Below are positions 28,014-36,538 of a DNA stretch of 64,000 nucleotides, in pieces. The stretch is from Candidatus Levybacteria bacterium RIFCSPHIGHO2_01_FULL_38_26 (GTDB lineage: Bacteria > Patescibacteriota > Microgenomatia > Levybacterales > UBA12049), in assembly GCA_001782075.1 (NCBI GenBank), contig MFNO01000013.1, forward strand, positions 48,608 through 112,607, in the 5' to 3' direction. Below the pieces are notes generated by a model that worked only from the letters and a program-made list of their open reading frames with translations, ran no database searches and was not told the origin of the DNA. The first letter of the stretch is position 1; the number at the start of each line of letters is the position of its first letter. The position numbers were made by a program, and so were the translations under genes.

Positions 28014-28393
28014 GAGTTAAGCATATAAAACCGGAGTTTGTAGATGAAAGGGGTGGAATAGCGCGTGTTGTAGATCAGGATAAATTTCCAATCAGAGCAA
28101 TCCTTAGGATCACAAGCAAAAAAGGCACAACAAGAGCAAACCATTTCCACAAAACCGACTATCATTATATATATGTAGAGAGTGGTAAATGCGAATATTC
28201 TGAGATAGATTCAAAAAACAAAACTGGAAAAGCAGAAACTGTAATATTAGAATCTGGCGATGTAGTTTTATCGCGTCCTGGAATAATACACGGAGTAAAA
28301 TTTTTGGAAGACACTGTTATTTATGCATTTACAACTGAGAGAAGAGAGCAGGACATGTATGAGAAGGATATTAAAAGAATAAAAATAGTTTAG
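28004..28393 (+). CDS. Cupin-fold NDP-sugar isomerase/epimerase (FdtA/WxcM/RmlC-like)
   Basis: DERG, RANHFHK, PGIIHG. Confidence 0.65.
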   Translation: MAIRVKHIKPEFVDERGGIARVVDQDKFPIRAILRITSKKGTTRANHFHKTDYHYIYVESGKCEYSEIDSKNKTGKAETVILESGDVVLSRPGIIHGVKFLEDTVIYAFTTERREQDMYEKDIKRIKIV

Positions 28394-28401
28394 ATACCAA
28401 T

Positions 28402-29646
28402 ATGGCAAAAGTTAAAAAGATTAATTATTGCAGGTTGTGTAAGAGTAAAAATTTGGAAAAAGTTTTGGATTTTGGAAAAACTCCAACGGCAAATTCATTC
28501 CTTAAAAAAAGTCAACTTAGAGATAAAGAGGATTTTTTCCCACTTGCTGTTAATTTTTGTAAAAATTGCGGCCAGCTTCAGCTTAGCCACGTTGTGTCTC
28601 CTGAAATAATGTTTCGACATTATGTTTGGGTGTCTTCAACATCTCCTGTAACTGTAAAACACTTTGAAGAATACGCAAAATCTGTTTTTAACAATCTTTT
28701 GCTTAAGAAGGGGGATTTGGTAGTTGAGATGGGAAGTAACGACGGCGTTCTTTTGAAACCTTTTAAAAAACTTGGGATGAGGGTTTTGGGTGTTGATCCG
28801 GCAAGAAATGTCGCGAAAAGAGCTACAAAAGAAGGAATTCCAACTCTACCGCATTTTTTTAATACAAAGGTTGCAAAACAAATTGCCAAAAAATATGGGC
28901 GAGGAAAAGTTATCGCAGCCAACAATGTCTTCGCGCACATCAATGATTTAGACGAAATTGTAAAAGCAGTTGGTGAACTTTTGGATAAAGACGGCGCTTT
29001 TGTAATTGAGGCGCCGTACAATATAGATCTTGTGGAGAAAAATCTTTTTGACATTGTATATCACGAACACCTTTCATATTTGGCTATAAAACCGCTGGAT
29101 AAATTTTTCGTTAACCATGGAATGCAAATTTTTGACGTTGTTAAAAAAGACGTACATGGAGGCTCGGTCAGAGTTTATGTTAAGTTTAAAGAAGCAAAAT
29201 ATAAGGTTAAAGGTTCTGTTAAGAAATTTATAGATCTGGAGAAAAAGAAAAAACTATTTAATATAGATACTTATCGAAGGTTTGCAAGAAAAATTGAAGA
29301 AAACAAAATTAAGCTATCTAAGCTTTTGCGAAAACTAAAAAAAGAAAAAAAGAGTATTGCGGGATACGGAGCGCCGGCAAAAAGCACGACTCTTCTTCAC
29401 TATTTTAATCTTGGTACTGAGAATCTTGATTTTATAGCTGACGACAGCCCCTATAAACAAGGACTTTTTACTCCGGGAAAGCACATTCCGGTTATTTCGC
29501 CAAAAGAAATTTATACAAAAAATCCAGACTATCTTCTCATTTTGGCTTGGAATTTTGCAGATTCGGTTATGAAAATGCACGAGAAATACAAAAAGGCTGG
29601 GGGGAAATTTATTATTCCAGTTCCGAGCCCTACAATTTATGATTAA
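28402..29646 (+). CDS. NDP-hexose C-methyltransferase (zinc-binding, TcaB9/EryBIII/TylC3 type)
   Basis: CRLC...CKNC, EMGSNDG, NVFAH, YHEHLSY, HGGSVR, GYGAPAK, LAWNF. Confidence 0.88.
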   Translation: MAKVKKINYCRLCKSKNLEKVLDFGKTPTANSFLKKSQLRDKEDFFPLAVNFCKNCGQLQLSHVVSPEIMFRHYVWVSSTSPVTVKHFEEYAKSVFNNLLLKKGDLVVEMGSNDGVLLKPFKKLGMRVLGVDPARNVAKRATKEGIPTLPHFFNTKVAKQIAKKYGRGKVIAANNVFAHINDLDEIVKAVGELLDKDGAFVIEAPYNIDLVEKNLFDIVYHEHLSYLAIKPLDKFFVNHGMQIFDVVKKDVHGGSVRVYVKFKEAKYKVKGSVKKFIDLEKKKKLFNIDTYRRFARKIEENKIKLSKLLRKLKKEKKSIAGYGAPAKSTTLLHYFNLGTENLDFIADDSPYKQGLFTPGKHIPVISPKEIYTKNPDYLLILAWNFADSVMKMHEKYKKAGGKFIIPVPSPTIYD

Positions 29647-30691
29647 AAGCAGAGTCGTTCAAAACGATATTAGAAAAATAGCGTTGCGGATTAAAAAAGA
29701 CGCAAAAATTTTAAGCGGAAAGACAGTTTTAATTACTGGCGGTTCTGGCTTTTTGGGTAAATATTTCCTGTATACAATTTGGTATTTAAATAAAAATTTA
29801 TTCTCAAAACCAGCTAGAGTAGTTTCATTGGATAATTATATTACCGGAACAAAAGATAATCCTTTTGTGAATGATGAGAATTTTAAATTCATTAAACACG
29901 ATGTAAGAGAACCTTTTTACTTGAAAGATCGTGTTGATTATATAATTCATGCGGCCGGCATTGCGTCGCCGGTTTTTTATATGAAGTATCCACTTGAGAC
30001 ACTTGAAGTTGCAACATTTGGTACCAAGTATATGCTGGAATTTGCAAAATCCAAAAAAGTAAAAAGTTTTTTGTTTTTTAGCTCCAGCGAAGTTTATGGA
30101 GATCCTGATCCTAATTTTGTTCCAACACCGGAGAATTATCCAGGAAACGTTTCTTGTACGGGGCCAAGAGCTTGTTATGATGAATCGAAAAGACTTGGCG
30201 AGACTTTGTGTACGATTTATCACAGCTTATACAAACTTCCTGCTAAAATCGTTCGTCCCTTCAATGTTTATGGTCCTGGCATGAAAACCAATGATTATAG
30301 AGTAGTCCCTCGATTTTTAACCAGTGCTTTGAAGAAAGAGCCATTGCCCGTTCATGCCGGGGGAAATCAAACAAGAACCTTTTGTTATATCTCAGATGCT
30401 ATAACAGCATTTTTCAAAGTATTGCTTTCAGACAAGAATGGAGAAGTTTACAATGTCGGTAACGATGAAAATGAAATGAATATGATGACTCTTGCACAAA
30501 CTGTTTCAGGTTTATTTAGGGGTAAACTCCAAGTAAAATCAGTTGATTATCCCTTGACTTATCCTCAAGGAGACCCGAGGAGACGAGCGCCAGATCTTAC
30601 AAAGATAAGGACAGAACTTGGATATAAGCCAATGGTTAATCTGAAAACTGGATTAGAAAGAACACTGAGATGGTACAAAGAAAAGATTTAA
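29639..30691 (+). CDS. NAD-dependent epimerase/decarboxylase (UXS-like extended SDR)
   Basis: TGGSGFLG, HAAGIASP, SSSEVYGDP, RACYDESKR, QTRTFCY. Confidence 0.82.
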   Translation: MIKSRVVQNDIRKIALRIKKDAKILSGKTVLITGGSGFLGKYFLYTIWYLNKNLFSKPARVVSLDNYITGTKDNPFVNDENFKFIKHDVREPFYLKDRVDYIIHAAGIASPVFYMKYPLETLEVATFGTKYMLEFAKSKKVKSFLFFSSSEVYGDPDPNFVPTPENYPGNVSCTGPRACYDESKRLGETLCTIYHSLYKLPAKIVRPFNVYGPGMKTNDYRVVPRFLTSALKKEPLPVHAGGNQTRTFCYISDAITAFFKVLLSDKNGEVYNVGNDENEMNMMTLAQTVSGLFRGKLQVKSVDYPLTYPQGDPRRRAPDLTKIRTELGYKPMVNLKTGLERTLRWYKEKI

Positions 30692-32136
30692 TTTTTATCT
30701 TACTTCTTTTGGTTTTGGCATATGTTGCATGGCAACAAATTCCACAGCTTGTGATTAGGGGCGACGGATTTGTTTATATGGTTTCCTCAACGCTAAATGA
30801 GTTTTTTGGCAGAGATTACTTTTACACAGGATTTGAGTTGTCAGCTGCCGTTCTGGGTTTAATACTTCCAGCATTATACAAAACCAATATCAGTTATTAT
30901 TTTTACACCTCGCTTTTTGTCATGATGATTATCAATGTGTTTTTTTATATTCTTCTTCGATTCATTACAAAAAACAAGGTTGTATCCTTTTTTGGAGCTC
31001 TAATATTTGCCGTGAATTATTTTGGTAATTTTGATATGTATTCTCAGCATTGTTATTGCTTTTTTACGGAGCGCATAGTGCCTGTGATTTTTATACTTCC
31101 CGCTTTTTTATTCCTCCATTTATTTTTGGAAAAACAAAAGATCAAGTATTATTTTATTTCTATTCTCTTATATTTTCTAGGGATAGGCATGGGACATTTT
31201 GTAGTATTATTTACCGCGCCGTTTTTTTTGTACCCAATTTTTTGGTATCTTTTTAAAAACAAAAAAATTATTGAGCGAACAAAAGGGATACTGATTGGCG
31301 CACCCTATTTAATGACAAGTGGATTTTTTGTTTTAATTCAGAGGGTACATGAGGCAGGGCTTGAGAAAAAAGTAGGGCTTTTAGAATTTTTACTCAATCC
31401 CCAGGCTACACAATATCCTGAAAAAATAGTAAGGCAGTTAGTTTATTGGTCCGAGTACGAACCGATAATTTTAAACTTTGGCAGAGCATCGCTTCATAGC
31501 TATATTGATGTACAAAGCGCCGTATCAATCACTCCTTATGTTGTGGGAATTTATATACTTGCGGCTCTTATTTTGTTTATCAAGTTAACTCATATGAGAG
31601 CACTTCTTCTTACAACTATTTTTGGAACGCTTTCAATTTTTTATTTAAATGCCTGGTTTGGTCAGTATGATGTACTAAATCAACCGGGAGCAAACAGATA
31701 TCTTTATCTTCCAACAATTCTTCTTGTTATTTTCTGGACGCTGTTTTTGTGGATGCTCTGGAAGAGCAAGTATAGGATTATAAAAATATTGGCAATTGTA
31801 TTAGTTGCCATTTATTATCTTCTGAATTGGATAATAATTTCCGACATGTTTAGAGATGTGCTTTTTTGGGACAGATCAACAAAAGTAACCTATCAATATA
31901 TGAATTCAATTAGAGAACGTTTACCCAAGGGCACCCTAGTCGTTGCTCCGTACCCCGAGGTCGGAGTATATGAGTCAATGTTTTTTACAGAACAAATAGG
32001 AAATGGAGAGGTTGAGTTTTTGGCAGAGGATCATCCCTATAGGGATTGGGTACAGGCTGCAAGTGCTTCAGCCCATGTTGTCAGGCTTAAATATGATAAG
32101 GAATGCGACTGCATTAAAGAGATAAAAATAAAATAA
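30670..32136 (+). CDS. Polytopic membrane protein, putative GT-C
   Basis: About 11 TM helices; RGDG loop after TM1; RYLYLP. Confidence 0.55.
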   Translation: MVQRKDLIFILLLLVLAYVAWQQIPQLVIRGDGFVYMVSSTLNEFFGRDYFYTGFELSAAVLGLILPALYKTNISYYFYTSLFVMMIINVFFYILLRFITKNKVVSFFGALIFAVNYFGNFDMYSQHCYCFFTERIVPVIFILPAFLFLHLFLEKQKIKYYFISILLYFLGIGMGHFVVLFTAPFFLYPIFWYLFKNKKIIERTKGILIGAPYLMTSGFFVLIQRVHEAGLEKKVGLLEFLLNPQATQYPEKIVRQLVYWSEYEPIILNFGRASLHSYIDVQSAVSITPYVVGIYILAALILFIKLTHMRALLLTTIFGTLSIFYLNAWFGQYDVLNQPGANRYLYLPTILLVIFWTLFLWMLWKSKYRIIKILAIVLVAIYYLLNWIIISDMFRDVLFWDRSTKVTYQYMNSIRERLPKGTLVVAPYPEVGVYESMFFTEQIGNGEVEFLAEDHPYRDWVQAASASAHVVRLKYDKECDCIKEIKIK

Positions 32137-32140
32137 ATTT

Positions 32141-32872
32141 ATGTGGAGAAATAGGCAGGTGGCATTGATTCTTCCCACTTATAAAGAAAAGAAATCTATC
32201 GCTTCTGTGATTAGTAAATTTGATGCGATGGGATTTATTGATGATATAGTGGTTGTTGATAATAACGCGGAGAAAGGCACTAGAGAAGAAGTAGCTAAAA
32301 CCCGCGCGAGAGTTGTTGCTGAGAGAAAACAAGGATACGGAAACGCAATACGCAAAGGAATAATGTCCACAAAAGCGCCACTAGTTATTATTGCCGAACC
32401 GGACGGATCATTCGATGGAAAAGATGTGGTCAAGCTTCTTGCCTATAGCGATGATTTTGATATGGTATTTGGATCGCGTACTCATTTGCCTCTGGTCCAG
32501 AAAGGTTCGGACATGAGGCTTTATAAAAGACTTGGGGATGTGTTCTTGGGAAGGATAATTACCTGGCTTTTCTTAGGTCCTCCTCTTACTGATGTTGGCT
32601 GCACGCTTCGGATCACCAGCATAAAAGCGTGGAAGAAAATAGAGTCGGAGTGTAAATCAGAAGATGGAATTTTCGCAACCGAGTGGCTGGCTGTTGCCGC
32701 CAAGAATCGTATTCGATTTATAGAAATTCCTATAAATTATAAGGCCAGGGTAGGAAAATCTCTTTTTGTCGAAAAGCCGTATACTAAAGGAACAGTATGG
32801 GGAATACGAAAATTCTATTGCATATTAAAGGTGTGGTTATATGGCATCTTAAACAAGAAGCTTTATGAGTAA
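32141..32872 (+). CDS. GT2 polyprenol-phosphate glycosyltransferase-like protein
   Basis: LPTYKE, VVDNN, QGYGNA, AEPDGS, FGSR, TDVGCT, EIPINYKARVG. Confidence 0.8.
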   Translation: MWRNRQVALILPTYKEKKSIASVISKFDAMGFIDDIVVVDNNAEKGTREEVAKTRARVVAERKQGYGNAIRKGIMSTKAPLVIIAEPDGSFDGKDVVKLLAYSDDFDMVFGSRTHLPLVQKGSDMRLYKRLGDVFLGRIITWLFLGPPLTDVGCTLRITSIKAWKKIESECKSEDGIFATEWLAVAAKNRIRFIEIPINYKARVGKSLFVEKPYTKGTVWGIRKFYCILKVWLYGILNKKLYE

Positions 32873-33809
32873 GAAAGAATTTATACGGACATTGTGTATT
32901 TTTTGCAAAAGTAAACCAACCCTTTCGCTTTTAGGTTTAACTGACTATTGGCATTGTCCAGACTGTGGCATTGCTTGGGTAAAAAAAATTCCAAAAGTAG
33001 AGTATGGGGACATGTATTACAAAGGAAAATCAACTTTGGCATCTAGAGTTTTTGCTCCTATTGGCAAAACGTTTTACAGCCTGAGAAGCACATATGCAGG
33101 AAATGGGGGGAAGAAAGTTTGGATAGATGTCGGAGCTGGAGACGGTGGATTTTTGAGTACTGTTGCAGCAAAAAAGAAAATTGGAGTTGAGGTATCTTCC
33201 TCGGGCAGAAAAATAATGCAGCAAAATGGGCTTGATACTTTGACTGACAGGCAATTTTTGAAATCAAAAGGACTTAATGCAGATATCATAAGCTTTTGGC
33301 ATGTTCTTGAGCATGTTGAAAAACCATGGGAATATTTGGAATCAGCGAAAAGAAATTTAAAGAAAAATGGCAAAATAATTATCGGTATTCCAAATATAGA
33401 CAGTTTTGAATTCAAGTACGCAAAAAAATATTGGTTTCATTTACAACCGCAATTTCATTTGTGGCATTTTACTCCAAAGTCAGTCAAGAAGCTTTTGGAT
33501 ATAACAGGGTTTACAGTGAATAAAATAGATCATTGGTCAATCGAGCATCATCCGACTGGCGTACTTCAATCGTTTATAAATAAATCATCAGGATCTTCTG
33601 AAAATGTTTTGCACAAACTGATAAAAAGAGGAACAGGAAAATCACATCTTGCGCCAAAAGATATTTTTTGGGTCGGATTCTGGACGTCCATTGGCTCACC
33701 AATTATCTTTTCTTTTTGGCTCGGAGGCTCGATTTTCCGAAAAGCAGGAACTATTGTAGTTGTTGCTTCTAAAAGTGCTTATAAATTTTCATCTCCAAAG
33801 ATAAAGTAA
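32865..33809 (+). CDS. Class I SAM methyltransferase with N-terminal CxxC pairs
   Basis: CIFC...CPDC, IDVGAGDG, WHVLEH, PN, HLWHF. Confidence 0.82.
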   Translation: MSKKEFIRTLCIFCKSKPTLSLLGLTDYWHCPDCGIAWVKKIPKVEYGDMYYKGKSTLASRVFAPIGKTFYSLRSTYAGNGGKKVWIDVGAGDGGFLSTVAAKKKIGVEVSSSGRKIMQQNGLDTLTDRQFLKSKGLNADIISFWHVLEHVEKPWEYLESAKRNLKKNGKIIIGIPNIDSFEFKYAKKYWFHLQPQFHLWHFTPKSVKKLLDITGFTVNKIDHWSIEHHPTGVLQSFINKSSGSSENVLHKLIKRGTGKSHLAPKDIFWVGFWTSIGSPIIFSFWLGGSIFRKAGTIVVVASKSAYKFSSPKIK

Positions 33810-33851
33810 GATTTACGATAATAATCGTGATACAATTTGTTTTGTATTGTT

Positions 33852-34622
33852 ATGGCTAATCAAGAGAAATTAAGATACGAAAATGTTGGAATTACAGGAG
33901 CGAATGGTCATATTGGGACAGTGCTTCGTGAAGGATTACAGGATCTTTATAAGATTAAATCTTTTACTTTAGAGGCAACATCATTTCCCTCTGTTGTCCT
34001 TGATCTATCGGATGAAGACAGAATAAAAGGTTCTTTTCTAGGACTTGATGCAGTCATTCATTTGGCTGCAGACGTAAATCCTAATTCTTCTTGGGAAAGT
34101 ATTTCAAATAATAATATTGAAGCAACGTATCAAGTATTTGAAGAATGCAGGCGTTCAGGTGTTAAGAGAATAGTTTTTGCATCAACGAATCATGTAATGC
34201 ATGGGAATACAATTCTTACGACCCCAGAAACATTAGATGCAACTAAAAAAAATCTGATGAAGCTAACTGATCCGTCAAATCCTGATTCTTTGTATGCGAT
34301 ATCAAAGTTATTTGGAGAAAATCTAGGAAAGTTATATAGTCAGCAGTACGGGCTTGAGTTTGTGGGACTTCGGATTGGATGGACAATTCCTGAGGATGAT
34401 CCAAGTGTGAAACGTGGGATAAGCGCAGAAGATTATATAAGGGCAATGTTTCTTAGCAAACGAGATTGTGTTCAAGCCTTTAGATGCGCTCTTGAGGTTC
34501 CTACTCAATTCGTTCTTGGTTATGCTATAAGTAATAACGATAGAAAAGTTTTTGATCTTAATGAGACTAGGCAAAATTTAGGATATAATCCTCAAGATAA
34601 TGCAGAAAATTATTTTAAATAA
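33852..34622 (+). CDS. Uronate-dehydrogenase-like NAD(P)-dependent oxidoreductase
   Basis: ITGANGHIG, IHLAA, FASTNH, YAISKLFGE, LRIG, YNPQD; ATG 33852 follows TGATACAAT (33828-33836). Confidence 0.72.
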   Translation: MANQEKLRYENVGITGANGHIGTVLREGLQDLYKIKSFTLEATSFPSVVLDLSDEDRIKGSFLGLDAVIHLAADVNPNSSWESISNNNIEATYQVFEECRRSGVKRIVFASTNHVMHGNTILTTPETLDATKKNLMKLTDPSNPDSLYAISKLFGENLGKLYSQQYGLEFVGLRIGWTIPEDDPSVKRGISAEDYIRAMFLSKRDCVQAFRCALEVPTQFVLGYAISNNDRKVFDLNETRQNLGYNPQDNAENYFK

Positions 34623-35723
34623 CTACTTATAGAATGTTTTAATTTTTTTGCAGATATATTCGATTTCTGAGTCTTTTATTTCAGGGAACATGGGAAGAGA
34701 GAGAGTTTTTTTTGCCAATTTTTCTGCTATCGGAAAATCGCCTTTTTTATAACCTAAATTTTTATATACAGGCTGCAGGTGAATTGGGGTAGGGTAGTGG
34801 ATTACAGTTGATATACCGTTTTTTTCCAAATACTTTTTCAGAGCGTCTCTTTTTTCCGCAAGGATTGCGTATATGTGATACGCATGATAAGCATAAGGCA
34901 TTTCTACAGGCGTCTTGATTTGCTCAATACCTTTTAGCAATTTGTTATATTTTTGGGCTGCTTTTCTTCTTTTCTGGTTCCATTTCTCAAGGTGTTTTAA
35001 TTTAGCAAGTAGAATACTTGCATGGAGCGTATCAAGCCGGGATTTATAGCCAAAAGTTTCATGGACATATTTTTCAACTGATCCGTCATTTCGAAGATAT
35101 TTTAGTTTTTCTTTAATTTGTTTATTATCGGTAACGACTGCGCCTCCATCTCCAAACGCGCCCAAATTTTTTCCGGGATAAAAAGAAAATGCCCCTGTTT
35201 CTGTATAGGGGAGTATTTTATCTTTGTATTTTCCGCCATGGGCTTGGCAGCAATCTTCAATAATAATCAGGCGGTGTTTTTTTGCGATATCAACAATCGG
35301 ATCCATGTCAGCTGACTGTCCATATAAATGTATCGGGATAATTGCTTTTGTTTTTCTTGTGATTCTTTTTTCAATTTCTTTTGGATCTATGTTGTAGCTT
35401 TTTGGATCTACATCTGCCAAAACAGGCGTGGCTGCGACATTGGATACTGTCATGGCGCTGGCTATATAGCTATTTGCGGCGGTAATAACTTCATCCCCTT
35501 TGCCTATTCCGTACGCAATAAGGGTAAGAAATAACGCATCGGTTCCAGAGTTTAGCCCTACAGCATACTTTTTGTCGCAAAAAGCGGCAAATTTTTTTTC
35601 AAATTCTTCAAGCGGTTTTCCAAGAGAAAAAGTAGCGTTAAAAACAGTATCTTCAATTGCTTTTGTTATTTCTTTTTTATAAATTCTGTTTTGTCTTTTT
35701 AAATCAACGAAGTCTATATTCAC
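34623..35723 (-). CDS. DegT/DnrJ/EryC1/StrS sugar aminotransferase
   Basis: NSGTDAL, IHLYGQ, EDCCQAHG, FSFYPGKNLGAFGDGG, SRLD, LSLPMFP; GTG start. Confidence 0.92.
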   Translation of the reverse strand: MNIDFVDLKRQNRIYKKEITKAIEDTVFNATFSLGKPLEEFEKKFAAFCDKKYAVGLNSGTDALFLTLIAYGIGKGDEVITAANSYIASAMTVSNVAATPVLADVDPKSYNIDPKEIEKRITRKTKAIIPIHLYGQSADMDPIVDIAKKHRLIIIEDCCQAHGGKYKDKILPYTETGAFSFYPGKNLGAFGDGGAVVTDNKQIKEKLKYLRNDGSVEKYVHETFGYKSRLDTLHASILLAKLKHLEKWNQKRRKAAQKYNKLLKGIEQIKTPVEMPYAYHAYHIYAILAEKRDALKKYLEKNGISTVIHYPTPIHLQPVYKNLGYKKGDFPIAEKLAKKTLSLPMFPEIKDSEIEYICKKIKTFYK

Positions 35724-35794
35724 GAAATTAATATATCATAAACGTTAAGAACGAGCAATTGATTTTTGAATAGCGCTATGATAATGTTTAGATT
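35724..35794. promoter_or_regulatory. Divergent promoters with very short leaders
   Basis: Minus: TTGCTC(35758-35753)-17-TATATT(35735-35730)-6 nt-GTG. Plus: TTGATT(35759-35764)-17-TAATGT(35782-35787)-7 nt-GTG. Confidence 0.5.
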
Positions 35795-36538
35795 GTGCTT
35801 AAAAGGCAATATGAGAACATTTTTAAAAATCAAGACAACCACTGGTGGTATAAAGGCATGAGGGCTATAAACGAAAGCTTGCTCAAAAAATATTTACCCG
35901 AAAATAAACCTCTAAAGATTCTCGACGCGGGATGCGGACCGGGAGCGGCACTTGTCTATCTTTCCAAATTTGGAGATGTAGTTGGCGTTGATATATCAGA
36001 TGACGCATTAAAATTTGCAAAGAAACGCGGTAAAGTAGTGAAGGGTGACGTTTCAGATTTACCATTTAAAGATGAAACATTTGATGTAGTTGTGTGTCTT
36101 GATGTTTTGTATCACAAATGGGTGGATCTTAAAAAAGCGCTTTCGGAGCTAAAAAGAGTTCTAAAACCAGGCGGAGTTCTACTAATCCGCGAGCCTGCTT
36201 TTGACTGGTTTAAAAGTAGTGAGGATATCGCATCTGCCACAAAACATAGGTTTACAAAAAACGAAGTCAAGGGAGAATTTGATAACTCATTTGTTATAAA
36301 AAAAATAACTTATGTTAATTTTTTTCTTTTTCCGTTTGCCCTTATCAAACGAATTCCTGAGGTAGTGGGTTTTAAAAAGAAAAGAGGAGTTAGCGATGTG
36401 CAAGCAGCCTCTCCTTTTTTAAACAAAATTCTTTTATTTATTTTTCAAAAAGAACAAAGTCTTATAAATTATGTAAATTTTCCTTTTGGGACTTCTGTAA
36501 TATGTGTTGCCCAGAAAAAATATGATAAAAAAAATTAG
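35795..36538 (+). CDS. Class I SAM methyltransferase (type 11)
   Basis: HWWY, ILDAGCGPG, LPFKDETFD, DVLYH, LKPGG. Confidence 0.85.
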   Translation: MLKRQYENIFKNQDNHWWYKGMRAINESLLKKYLPENKPLKILDAGCGPGAALVYLSKFGDVVGVDISDDALKFAKKRGKVVKGDVSDLPFKDETFDVVVCLDVLYHKWVDLKKALSELKRVLKPGGVLLIREPAFDWFKSSEDIASATKHRFTKNEVKGEFDNSFVIKKITYVNFFLFPFALIKRIPEVVGFKKKRGVSDVQAASPFLNKILLFIFQKEQSLINYVNFPFGTSVICVAQKKYDKKN

